A stretch of DNA of 64,000 bases from the NCBI GenBank assembly GCA_016282315.1, contig JAEEKG010000075.1, forward strand, positions 5,354-69,353, given 5' to 3'. Shown piece after piece: positions 1 through 9,239 of the stretch. The stretch comes from Clostridiales bacterium. GTDB taxonomy: Bacteria > Bacillota > Clostridia > Oscillospirales > CAG-272. The notes beneath the pieces were generated by a model. The model did not search any database and had not been told where the DNA came from. It was given only the letters and a program-made list of their open reading frames with translations. A program made the position numbers and the translations under genes. Each line of letters starts with the position of its first letter. Within the stretch, counting starts at the first letter, position 1.

Positions 1-175
1 CATAAACTACAGCCAAAATAATACCTAAACAAATCAGTACACCATACCACATCACATCGTGTCCAAACAATGTGAATGCGACATTATTCACTGTAAATTC
101 GCCGATCCCGAGTCCCGGGAATGAAACTTTTGAAACATCATATAATGTTTTTGATGCTACTAACATTGAATTCAT
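1..175 (-). CDS. lgt: prolipoprotein diacylglyceryl transferase, N-terminal fragment (gene runs off the left edge)
   Basis: Not in the ORF track because there is no stop in the window. My minus-strand translation from ATG at 175 is MNSMLVASKTLYDVSKVSFPGLGIGEFTVNNVAFTLFGHDVMWYGVLICLGIILAVVY. The FPGLGI...WYG-hydrophobic pattern is typical of Lgt N-termini. Its ATG overlaps the TGA of the upstream peptidase gene (ATGA). Confidence 0.55.
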   Translation of the reverse strand, partial: MNSMLVASKTLYDVSKVSFPGLGIGEFTVNNVAFTLFGHDVMWYGVLICLGIILAVVY

Positions 176-1467
176 TTTTTATTCTCTCCGTTAATTGGTT
201 TAACTACATTCAATGAAATGAATTTTTCATCGAACAATTCTTCAGACAATTCTATTACATCATCAAATGTCACATTTTTAACTAAATCCAAAATATCAAA
301 TACTTCTGTGCCGAAAATAGCCGTATTGAACTCTGCTTGAGCAATGCCCACTCCGTCGCAAGCTTTTATATATGAAGCGATTGTCGAGTTTTTACATCTC
401 TTGAAATCTTCGGGTTTTATTATGCTCTTTGCATTTTTGATGCAATTCAAAAATTTCTCATATGCTTTTTCAGGCTCATCGCTCTCTCCGTTAATTTCAC
501 AGAAAGAATATGTGTCAGCTGAGTTATTTCCGTATCCGAAATCGTTAACAAGGCCGCTTTCGTACACTTCGTTTGAAAAATCACTTGAAGGACCGAAAAG
601 AATTGTAGTCAAAATATCACTGACCATACTTCTCTTCATTCTTTCATTTCCATCACTCAATATCTTATTGTCTTTGATCCCGACAATAAAAATGGGCTTG
701 GAAACTGACATCTCCTTTTCGGAATATTTAACATTTACTTCGTCTTTTTCTTCGAAAGGTTTCCGGATTATTTCGTTTTCCGGCTGAACCGACAGAATTT
801 CGTCGCAAACACCTAATACTTCATCCATTGTGATGTCTGCTGAAACACACAATCTCATGTTAGACAAATTGTAAAACGTGTTATAGCATTTGTAAAGGAG
901 TTCAGGCGTTATTCTTGCTATGGATTCTACTGTTCCGACAACATTTGTCTTCACAGGGTTGTTCTCGTACAAAGAATTTAGAAGCATGTAATAAAGTGCT
1001 CTTCCCGGGTTGTCATCTCCCATCCTTATTTCCTGACCTATGATTCCCTGTTCTTTTTCTACATTTTCTTTTGTGTAGTAAGGGTGTGAGACGAAGTCCA
1101 GCAAAATGCGCAGGTTGTCGAGGAAATGAGTCGTTGAAGTAAAATGGTAACAAGTTACATTGGAACTTGTATACGCATTAGCATATGTGCCGTACTTGGC
1201 AAACTTAGCAAATGTATCTTCTCCATCTTCGTTTTCGAACATTTTGTGTTCCAGATAGTGGGCAACACCTGCCGGCATCTCAGTGAATTCCTTTTCGCCA
1301 GATAGTTTGAAGCAATTGTCCTTGCCTCCATATCTTGTACCGAAAACTGCGCATCCCGAGCTCAGTTTTTTAGGAATCAACCTGACCTGCAAACCGCTTT
1401 TATGCTTGGCACAGATAATCTGCTCATCTATAGATGGGTATTTTAATACTCTGTAATCACTCATCAA
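172..1467 (-). CDS. M16 (pitrilysin/insulinase) family zinc peptidase, active subunit (YmfH-like)
   Basis: 431-aa ORF with the inverted zinc motif HxxEH plus a downstream Glu (AHYLEHKMFENE). 4-nt ATGA overlap with the upstream M16 paralogue. Confidence 0.85.
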   Translation of the reverse strand: MMSDYRVLKYPSIDEQIICAKHKSGLQVRLIPKKLSSGCAVFGTRYGGKDNCFKLSGEKEFTEMPAGVAHYLEHKMFENEDGEDTFAKFAKYGTYANAYTSSNVTCYHFTSTTHFLDNLRILLDFVSHPYYTKENVEKEQGIIGQEIRMGDDNPGRALYYMLLNSLYENNPVKTNVVGTVESIARITPELLYKCYNTFYNLSNMRLCVSADITMDEVLGVCDEILSVQPENEIIRKPFEEKDEVNVKYSEKEMSVSKPIFIVGIKDNKILSDGNERMKRSMVSDILTTILFGPSSDFSNEVYESGLVNDFGYGNNSADTYSFCEINGESDEPEKAYEKFLNCIKNAKSIIKPEDFKRCKNSTIASYIKACDGVGIAQAEFNTAIFGTEVFDILDLVKNVTFDDVIELSEELFDEKFISLNVVKPINGENKK

Positions 1468-2741
1468 TCATCACCCCCGCAAAGGAAGTAGTAAGTATCA
1501 AGTTCGACTTTTTTGAATTTGTCAGATATCTGTTCTTTAGTTACCTTTTTTATTCTATCAATGTATTCATCGGGATCCAAAGGTTTGGAATAGAACATTT
1601 TTTCATAATTCCAGGCTATTATGCTCTTTGAATAATCGAAAATGGCAACAATTTCAGATATAGAATCGGATTTTGCATTCTCTATTTCCTTTTCTTCTAT
1701 ATCTCCGTTTTTCATTTTTTCCAATTGTTCAATTATTGCTTTGAATGCTTTTTCTTCGTTTTCTTTTGCCACTCCGGACTGAACAATCATCAATCCTTTG
1801 TCCGCAATAAATAAAGCAGAACAATAATAGCACAAACTCATCTTTTCACGAACATTGTCAAACAATTTGTTTGTTGAGCCTGATCCAAACACATTTAGTC
1901 CTACAAGGAAAGGAATAATATCATCAAGACTGTCTTCATTGCTGCAGAATGCTCTGAATCCAATAACCATCTTGCCTTGAACAACATTGTCTTTTTCTCT
2001 TATTCTTTTTACTTCTCCCACATGCGTTTTTACGGGAAGAGGTTCTAAATCTTGACAACAATTTCTGTCAATTGCAGTAAAAATGTTTTTGAAAAAGTCT
2101 GCATACTTTTCCATTTCTACATCGCCTGAGATAAAGATTTCAATCTTTGCTGTTCTGAGCATGGATTGGTATTCTTCATATACATCTTTTGGCGTAACTT
2201 TCTCTATATCATCGACCGTTCCGTTTATAGGGTATCCAAACGGATCATCACTCATCATATTCCTTACGCACTGGTTTATTGCATATTTTCCTTTATTGTT
2301 TATTTCAGCTCTTACAGAATCTGCTAAATGACTTTTTTCTATTTCAACATTCTTGCATTTAAAAGTACCGTTTTCTGTCAGAGGATGAACCAAAACATCT
2401 TCCACCAATTTCAGAACTCCTGACTCCACGTCAGTATCATCCTGTATATATTTTTTTCTCAGAAATGACACATTTAGTGTTTGAACCGAAATATTACCCT
2501 GTCTTGAATATGAAGAATTTACTGAACTACAATATAGGTTTTCAAGTTCAATACTGATATCCTTTTCAGTCGGATAATTCTCCGTTCCTCGTATGATAAC
2601 AGGAAAGATCAAAGATCTGGAAGAGTTTTTGCTAGTCTGCAAAGGCAATAAAAACTTTATGCTTACCCTGTTGACTTTGAATCTTTTATCTTCAATATAG
2701 TTAAGATTGATACCTTCAGCTATCTTTCTTTTAATTAGCAT
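1464..2741 (-). CDS. M16 family peptidase-like protein, non-catalytic partner (no HxxEH; YmfF-like)
   Basis: 425-aa ORF of the same length class and directly coupled to the active M16 gene. I found no HxxEH motif in it. Paired M16 subunits are common in Firmicutes. Confidence 0.7.
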   Translation of the reverse strand: MLIKRKIAEGINLNYIEDKRFKVNRVSIKFLLPLQTSKNSSRSLIFPVIIRGTENYPTEKDISIELENLYCSSVNSSYSRQGNISVQTLNVSFLRKKYIQDDTDVESGVLKLVEDVLVHPLTENGTFKCKNVEIEKSHLADSVRAEINNKGKYAINQCVRNMMSDDPFGYPINGTVDDIEKVTPKDVYEEYQSMLRTAKIEIFISGDVEMEKYADFFKNIFTAIDRNCCQDLEPLPVKTHVGEVKRIREKDNVVQGKMVIGFRAFCSNEDSLDDIIPFLVGLNVFGSGSTNKLFDNVREKMSLCYYCSALFIADKGLMIVQSGVAKENEEKAFKAIIEQLEKMKNGDIEEKEIENAKSDSISEIVAIFDYSKSIIAWNYEKMFYSKPLDPDEYIDRIKKVTKEQISDKFKKVELDTYYFLCGGDD

Positions 2742-2766
2742 AGCTATCCTCCGGTTTGTTTTTGTG

Positions 2767-3693
2767 TCAATAATCGTAAAGAAGTTGTTCTACCATGTAA
2801 TTTGTTGGGAAATCTTCTCCATCCCATGTTATGGTCATTGCATTTGTACCAACGTTGTATCTTCCCTGTCTTGTTGTTCCGTCATAACAAGATATTATGA
2901 CCACTTTATCTCCGTCAATTGTAGTTGTGCTCCATACTCCGACGTTAGTGTTGTTTATATACACAACAAAGTTGTCTCCATATGTGAATTTAATTCTTTC
3001 CTTCACATTGAGCATCGCAATCCAAGTTGTGTCAGAGCTTCTGAACAATTCCGGGTCGTGATTCTGGTCTGCTTTGGCAAAACCGCTTTCAACAAATGTT
3101 ATTTTATGTGGCAAGCCCAGGTAACTGGCAAAACCGAACATGGTCGGATCCCCTTTGAGATCCAACAATTCCATCTCCATATATACTACTCTGGAACTAT
3201 CTTGATAGAACCTGAATTTATATGTAGCAGAAAGTGATCGACCGGTAGCCAGACTGAACATGCTTACTATATAAGCATTTACATCTTCTTGGGTTTGTTC
3301 AATTGATCCCATTCTCCTGTATTGCTGTTTTATATCTTCTGAGGAACCGAAACTCAGACTATCATTTTCTATACTAATCATGATGTCTTCATCTTTTACG
3401 TTATAGAATGAGTGTGATTCAAGCAGTTCAACTTGTACCGCCCTCCATACTCCCTCAACTCTTCTTTCTATTTCTTCACTTGTGGTAACATCTTCTTTTG
3501 TAGTGGTTTCTACAGTTGTTGTTATCTCTTCTGAAGTTGTTGTTTCAGTCGCTGTTGTTGTAATCTCAGTTTCTGCGGAATTGCTGTCGGTTGTTCCAGG
3601 AAGTGTTTCTGTCGGAACACTTTGTGGACCCTGACAAGACACCATTGCTATTACCAGTATTAAAGCAAATATTATGGAAATCAACTTCTTCAT
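2767..3693 (-). CDS. lipoprotein with Thr/Glu-rich linker, function unknown (paralogue of 30381-31316)
   Basis: Signal peptide plus lipobox-like MVSC. A low-complexity T/E/S linker follows (TETTTSEEITTTVETTTKEDVTTSEE), then a beta-rich domain containing GVW motifs and ending in DY. Confidence 0.7.
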   Translation of the reverse strand: MKKLISIIFALILVIAMVSCQGPQSVPTETLPGTTDSNSAETEITTTATETTTSEEITTTVETTTKEDVTTSEEIERRVEGVWRAVQVELLESHSFYNVKDEDIMISIENDSLSFGSSEDIKQQYRRMGSIEQTQEDVNAYIVSMFSLATGRSLSATYKFRFYQDSSRVVYMEMELLDLKGDPTMFGFASYLGLPHKITFVESGFAKADQNHDPELFRSSDTTWIAMLNVKERIKFTYGDNFVVYINNTNVGVWSTTTIDGDKVVIISCYDGTTRQGRYNVGTNAMTITWDGEDFPTNYMVEQLLYDY

Positions 3694-3823
3694 AAAAATA
3701 CCTTCTTTTTAACTATGACATATATTTAATCTTATAATAATTATAGCAATATCAGTTGACTATAGCAAGGATTTCATCATTTCATTATTCGTCCGAAATC
3801 GGTCGGATTCGAACCGATTTTTC

Positions 3824-3852
3824 TTTACTACCATATTACCGCGTGATATAAT
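3824..3852 (+). promoter_or_regulatory. sigma-A-like promoter for the nfeD/SPFH operon
   Basis: TTTACT (3824-3829), 17-nt spacer, TGa-TATAAT (3847-3852, extended -10). It lies 33 nt upstream of the ATG at 3885. Confidence 0.45.
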
Positions 3853-3884
3853 TGTTACAGAAAAAGTCAAAAGGAGGTGGCATT

Positions 3885-4319
3885 ATGAGCGTAAATACTT
3901 GGGTGTGGATTGGAATAACAGTATTTTCAATCATTTTTGAAGCAATCACAGTAACACTTGTAACCATTTGGTTTATCCCAGGAGCAATTACGGCTACAAT
4001 TTTCTCATTAGTCGGATTACCTTTGTGGGCTCAGATAACAGCATTTTTAGCTTTGTCTGTTTTGTGCTTGATTTTCTTAATGCCTATTGTGCGCAAGAAA
4101 AGATTTGTTCACACAAATGCTGATTCAGTAATTGGGAAAAAAGCCGTTGTCACTGACCGGATAGACAACATAGCCGGGGCCGGAGCCTGTAAAATAGATG
4201 GCAGAGTATGGACGGCTAGATCAAGTGATGAAAAAACCACTTTTGAAGAAGGAGAAATTGCCGTCGTTAAGGAAATACGCGGAGTTAAACTCATTCTTGA
4301 AAAGGTAAAAGAAGATTAG
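3885..4319 (+). CDS. NfeD family membrane protein
   Basis: ORF 3852-4319 trimmed to the ATG preceded by AAAGGAGG (MSVNTWVW...). It has hydrophobic N-terminal helices and a C-terminal soluble beta domain, and sits immediately upstream of an SPFH gene, the classic NfeD-SPFH pair. Confidence 0.75.
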   Translation: MSVNTWVWIGITVFSIIFEAITVTLVTIWFIPGAITATIFSLVGLPLWAQITAFLALSVLCLIFLMPIVRKKRFVHTNADSVIGKKAVVTDRIDNIAGAGACKIDGRVWTARSSDEKTTFEEGEIAVVKEIRGVKLILEKVKED

Positions 4320-4332
4320 GAGGTATAGTATT

Positions 4333-5280
4333 ATGGATGTAGGTTTGATCATTTTTTTGGTAGCTCTCGCAGTTGTAATATTTGTTTTCATTATAACTAA
4401 TGTACACATTGTTCCGCAGGCTCACGCTTATGTAGTTGAACGTCTCGGAGCATATCACGCAACATGGAACACAGGACTTCATTTCAAGGTTCCTTTTATT
4501 GACAAGATAGCAAAGAAAGTTTCTTTGATGGAGAAAGTCGCGGACTTTGAGCCACAGGCAGTTATCACAAAAGATAACGTAAAGATGCAGATCGACACAG
4601 TTGTTTTCTTCCAGATTACAGACTGTAAGCTTTATGCATACGGAGTTGAAAATCCGATGGCTGCCATTGAAAACTTAACAGCTACTACTCTTCGTAACAT
4701 CATAGGTGAACTTGAACTCGACGGAACTCTTACATCAAGAGATATTATCAACACAAAATTACGTTCAATTCTTGATGAAGCAACAGACCCTTGGGGAATC
4801 AAAGTCAACAGAGTCGAACTTAAGAACATCATGCCTCCTAGAGAAATTCAGGATGCCATGGAAAAACAGATGAAGGCTGAACGTGAACGCCGTGAACAAA
4901 TCTTGCGTGCAGAAGGTGAAAAGAATTCAACAATCCTTGTTGCAGAAGGTAAGAAACAGGCAATGATTCTTGATGCTGAAGCTCAGAAACAAAAACAGAT
5001 TCTTTTGGCAGAAGCTGAAAAAGAATCAAGAATCAGAAAAGCTGAAGGTGAAGCAGAAGCTATTCTCCAAGTTCAGACAGCTACAGCTGAAGGTATCAGA
5101 AAACTCAATGAATCAAGTCCAAATGAAGGCGTTATCGCTATCAAGAGCCTTGAAGCATTTGCTAAAGCTGCCGACGGAAAAGCAACTAAGATTATTATTC
5201 CGAGCAACATTCAGTCACTCGCAGGGCTTGCAACATCAGTAACTGAACTTGTTAAAACAGACACACCGACAGAACAATAA
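4333..5280 (+). CDS. SPFH/band-7 (stomatin/prohibitin-like) domain protein
   Basis: 315 aa with an N-terminal TM helix, an SPFH core (HIVPQAHAYVVERLGAY...) and a charged coiled-coil tail (AEAQKQKQILLAEAEKESRIRKAEGEAEA). Confidence 0.85.
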   Translation: MDVGLIIFLVALAVVIFVFIITNVHIVPQAHAYVVERLGAYHATWNTGLHFKVPFIDKIAKKVSLMEKVADFEPQAVITKDNVKMQIDTVVFFQITDCKLYAYGVENPMAAIENLTATTLRNIIGELELDGTLTSRDIINTKLRSILDEATDPWGIKVNRVELKNIMPPREIQDAMEKQMKAERERREQILRAEGEKNSTILVAEGKKQAMILDAEAQKQKQILLAEAEKESRIRKAEGEAEAILQVQTATAEGIRKLNESSPNEGVIAIKSLEAFAKAADGKATKIIIPSNIQSLAGLATSVTELVKTDTPTEQ

Positions 5281-5307
5281 TCATTCAGTGAAAAAAAGAA
5301 TTTAAAT

Positions 5308-5330
5308 GGCGGAGCCAAATCGGCTCCGCC
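5308..5330. terminator. bidirectional intrinsic terminator between the convergent SPFH and P-type ATPase genes
   Basis: GGCGGAGCC-aaat-CGGCTCCGCC hairpin, flanked by an A-run upstream and a T-rich tract downstream. Confidence 0.75.
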
Positions 5331-5346
5331 ATCTCATTTTTGTTTT

Positions 5347-8300
5347 TTATTTGTCTCTTGGCTTTAACAATCCCAACTTATAGTTAGCTCTTACTATGAT
5401 TGAGCCTACTAAGTACAATGCTGTTATTATCCAGATTATTGTTTGGTCGAAACGGTAAAGAACTAATGTTTCTGTAAGTACTCCGCCAGAAATAACAATT
5501 TCAAGAACGCTCAAGACAACCAGTCCTATACCCATGCCAGCTGCAATCCTGATGTTTGTCTTTGTCGGATCTTTCCATAGTTTGTATCCAAAATATCCGA
5601 TTACAAGCAAAGATATAAGACAAACAATGTTTATTATCGTTCCCAGAACACCTGGAATATTTAGTATGGATTTATTCTGGAAGAACAATTCAAATCCGCA
5701 AAGGAGTGCTCTCAAAACGAGAACTATACCTGCTGTAAGCATCATTCTTCTGCCTATTCTGAATGCTCTGTGCAAATGAACATCTTTTCCGTAATCTTTT
5801 CTTACAAAGTTTTCCAAAGCAAACATTACAAGAATGAAAACCGGAATAGCGATGTACAAGAAGATTCTCAATACAACGAAGTTGTTATAATCTCCGACTA
5901 CACCTTGTACGTAAGGAGAATTCCAAGGCTGGAACATTTCATGGAACAATCTGGAGTCAAAAATGGACTGGCCTGCAGCAGCATCGTAAGCGAGCATATC
6001 TGAACCGATTGTATGTCCGCCTATATACGCACTAGGGAACATAAATCCGAGCGTGGAAGCTACAAATACCAAAGCAATAAGTGTGGCAATCCTGTATTTG
6101 TTGAACGGAATACACTTAGCAAATATAACAACAATTCCGGCCATTGTCATCATGACGGTCATCATTGGTTTGACATTCGCATCTGAAATGAATGGAGCAA
6201 CACTCAGCATCTTAGGAATAACATTCAGCATAATCGGGGTCAATATCGCCACTGCTGCCAGAATGCCGGCGGCAAGGGCTTGTAAGACTATCATCTTCAT
6301 AAACGACCCTCGTATCGGATTCCGCTGAGATTCAAGCGAAATCAAGAAACCGCCTGTACCTATTACTGCTGCTTCGAGCATGTACATGTTTTCAACCGAG
6401 AACCACAACTGTCCTTTTTCCAATGGAATCAATGCAAATCCCAAAATGAATACTGCTATTGATTTCATCAGATACAAGACTGCAGTTCTTTGAATGTTAC
6501 CTATAACTCTTCTACCCTCTCCGACAACGTCTTTGAGATGTGAGAAATCATTGTCCAAAAGCACAACGTCAGAGCATGCTTTAGCTGCATCTGTGGCTTT
6601 GGCGAATGTAATTGAGGAATCAGCTTTTCTCAGTGCAAGAATATCGTTGACACCATCACCTGTCATGGCAACTTTATGGCCCTTAGCCTGAAGAGCTCTT
6701 ACCAACGCCTCTTTCTGTTCCGGTGATACTCTTGCAAATACTGTATATTCATCTGCAATTTCAGGAATTTCATCAAGAGAAACACCTGCAAGGGATATAT
6801 ATCTGTCAGCGTGCTTGATTCCGCAGTTTTCTGCGATCTTGCTTACTGTAAGCGGGTTGTCGCCCGAAATAACTTTAACTTCAACGCCGTTTTCTCTGAA
6901 GAACTTAAGTGTGTCAGGAGCTGTATCTCTGATATGGTCTTCAATAGCAATAAACGCTTTGAGTTCACCATCTACTGTTATAGCTACGACTCTCTGGCCC
7001 TTCTTAGCACATTCAGTTGAAAACTCTAATCTTGGGTCTTCTTTGTCTATCAAGTATTCAGGAGCTCCCATGAGAACTTTTTTGCCATCGGCAAGTATAA
7101 CTCCGGAATACTTATTTGCACTTGAAAAAGGAATATCTTCGACGTATGCAGGCTCACTTGCAATTCCAAAACGTTGGTAAACAGCTTCCATGGTTGAGTT
7201 TCTGTCACCCGCAGCCAAAACTATGTTCTGTGCATACTTTTGTATTTCTTCCATAGGAGCAAATGCTTTGACATCCACAACATTCATTGTGCCATCTGTC
7301 AATGTTCCTGTCTTATCAAGACAAATAACATCAACCCTTGAAAGGTTTTCAAGTGAATACAATTCCTGAATGAGTGTTTTTTTCTTTGTCAGCTGAGCTA
7401 TGGAAACAACAAGCGCAACTGATGTTGTCAAAACCAATCCTGACGGAATCATTCCTATTCCGAATGAACCGCTGGTAACGGCAATCAATGCCCATGTTAC
7501 CGGATCGTTTGGCGTCAGTGTCAGATTGTTCCATATGTCAGGATTATTACCTGTCTGAGATATCTTAACAACCAATGTAATTATTACAGTTACTACTACG
7601 AAGAACAATGCTACAGTCAAAAATCTCAGTATCTTAATGATAGATGTCATAAGTTCTGATTTGTGGCTGCTCTGTCCTTTGACCTTTTGAGTCAACTTAG
7701 CTGCATATGTATCGTTTCCGATTTCAGTAGCACGACACTTTGCGGAACCAACAATTATTGATGATCCTGAAAGAATCGTGTCGCCTGCATTCTTTTTGAC
7801 ATGATCGGATTCGCCTGTCAGCATCGACTCGTCAACGAATACTTCTCCTTCGAGAACTACCATGTCTGTAGAAGCTTGGTCTCCGGCACTCAATAAAACG
7901 ATATCGTCAATTACGATGTCTTTTGCATCAAGTTGAACTACTTCGCCATTTCTTATGACTTTACCCTTTGTCTCAGTGACTATTCTGAGCTTTTTAATAA
8001 CTTTGGCACTTTTAACTTCCTGGAAAGTACCCATAGTCACGTTCATGATTGCCGGAATCAAAAATATGAACTTCGAAAAGCCAAAGTACTGATTGACTAT
8101 CTCATCATGACCTATAGCCTTTAGGTAAATCATGAATGCGATGAATACAAGTGCTATGGACAACAGAATAGCATTGAAGAAAGTGAACGTATTTCCAGCC
8201 AATATCTGCAAAAAGGTCTTGTCATTCTTGTCTGTTACAACATTGACATAACCATTGTCAACTCTCTCTTTGACTTGTTGAGAATTGAGTCCAGTTTTTA

Positions 8301-8352
8301 CATCCGCTTCAACTCTTTGAATCGGTGGTCTCTTTTTGGTTCGTTTACCCAT
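5347..8352 (-). CDS. cation-translocating P-type ATPase (P2-like) with an extended C-terminal membrane region
   Basis: TGES (LTGESDHV), phosphorylation site DKTGTLT and hinge TGDGVNDILAL are all present. At 1001 aa it has about four hydrophobic segments beyond the usual ten. Confidence 0.9.
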   Translation of the reverse strand: MGKRTKKRPPIQRVEADVKTGLNSQQVKERVDNGYVNVVTDKNDKTFLQILAGNTFTFFNAILLSIALVFIAFMIYLKAIGHDEIVNQYFGFSKFIFLIPAIMNVTMGTFQEVKSAKVIKKLRIVTETKGKVIRNGEVVQLDAKDIVIDDIVLLSAGDQASTDMVVLEGEVFVDESMLTGESDHVKKNAGDTILSGSSIIVGSAKCRATEIGNDTYAAKLTQKVKGQSSHKSELMTSIIKILRFLTVALFFVVVTVIITLVVKISQTGNNPDIWNNLTLTPNDPVTWALIAVTSGSFGIGMIPSGLVLTTSVALVVSIAQLTKKKTLIQELYSLENLSRVDVICLDKTGTLTDGTMNVVDVKAFAPMEEIQKYAQNIVLAAGDRNSTMEAVYQRFGIASEPAYVEDIPFSSANKYSGVILADGKKVLMGAPEYLIDKEDPRLEFSTECAKKGQRVVAITVDGELKAFIAIEDHIRDTAPDTLKFFRENGVEVKVISGDNPLTVSKIAENCGIKHADRYISLAGVSLDEIPEIADEYTVFARVSPEQKEALVRALQAKGHKVAMTGDGVNDILALRKADSSITFAKATDAAKACSDVVLLDNDFSHLKDVVGEGRRVIGNIQRTAVLYLMKSIAVFILGFALIPLEKGQLWFSVENMYMLEAAVIGTGGFLISLESQRNPIRGSFMKMIVLQALAAGILAAVAILTPIMLNVIPKMLSVAPFISDANVKPMMTVMMTMAGIVVIFAKCIPFNKYRIATLIALVFVASTLGFMFPSAYIGGHTIGSDMLAYDAAAGQSIFDSRLFHEMFQPWNSPYVQGVVGDYNNFVVLRIFLYIAIPVFILVMFALENFVRKDYGKDVHLHRAFRIGRRMMLTAGIVLVLRALLCGFELFFQNKSILNIPGVLGTIINIVCLISLLVIGYFGYKLWKDPTKTNIRIAAGMGIGLVVLSVLEIVISGGVLTETLVLYRFDQTIIWIITALYLVGSIIVRANYKLGLLKPRDK

Positions 8353-9238
8353 TATTGTTTTTCTCCTCTCTATTATCTATCTGATTCTTTTTGTTTTGAG
8401 CTATCAAAAAGAACAATGGAATTATGTTAATGAATGTAAGCCATATCGGTCCCAAAGCCAAACTGCCTATAAAATCGAGTGGCAAAAACATTTTTGCACT
8501 GTTAATCATAAAATTAGGATCTATCATCTGATAAATCATCAGAACTGCTATCAAGACTATGCTAAGTGTTACAGATATTTTTTGGAATAATGCAAATCTG
8601 TCACATTTGAATCTCACATATGAGGCAATAGTGCTTATAAACGGAGCAATCATCAAAAGTGCAATCAGCAAATAGCCAAATGCGTATTCTGTTTTAAGAA
8701 CAGCGATTGACTGGAGTCCTGTCAAAAACGACAATGACGAATAGAACATCAGAATTGCAAATACTCTTGTCACAAATGCCATGAATCTGAAAGATTTGGA
8801 GTATTTTTTCTTTTCCGTGTTCCCTATTTTTTTCAGGTTCATAATGTTTTTTACGTCCACTATAACATATATAGCAAACATAACAAACATGTCGATTGGG
8901 AAAACCAAGTTAAAGCCGTGATATTTCAAATTTGTGAAATACAAAGGCAGATTAATAGCAACAAATACAGCAGCAATGACTTTTAGACAAATAACTATGA
9001 TTTCAAAAACCAAGTATCCTTTTTTGCTTACAGGATTGATGTATTTGTTTTTAACAAAAGTAAAGAAATATGCAGGAGCCAGTGCAAACAATATAATTGG
9101 TCCTATCCATTGCATGATGTTGTTGGCGTAATAGCCGATTACGATCATCAAAGTATTAACAAGTAGGTAAGTCGGGTAAGTAGTTAATAAGCAATACAAA
9201 ACGTCTTGCAAGAAAATTGATTTATTCTTCTCACTCAT
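8345..9238 (-). CDS. polytopic membrane protein, function unknown
   Basis: ORF 8345-9265 trimmed to the ATG at 9238, which is preceded by GGAGG (gggaggtaattgagATG). It has multiple hydrophobic helices and its end overlaps the ATPase start by 8 nt. Confidence 0.6.
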   Translation of the reverse strand: MSEKNKSIFLQDVLYCLLTTYPTYLLVNTLMIVIGYYANNIMQWIGPIILFALAPAYFFTFVKNKYINPVSKKGYLVFEIIVICLKVIAAVFVAINLPLYFTNLKYHGFNLVFPIDMFVMFAIYVIVDVKNIMNLKKIGNTEKKKYSKSFRFMAFVTRVFAILMFYSSLSFLTGLQSIAVLKTEYAFGYLLIALLMIAPFISTIASYVRFKCDRFALFQKISVTLSIVLIAVLMIYQMIDPNFMINSAKMFLPLDFIGSLALGPIWLTFINIIPLFFLIAQNKKNQIDNREEKNNNG

Positions 9239-9239
9239 C

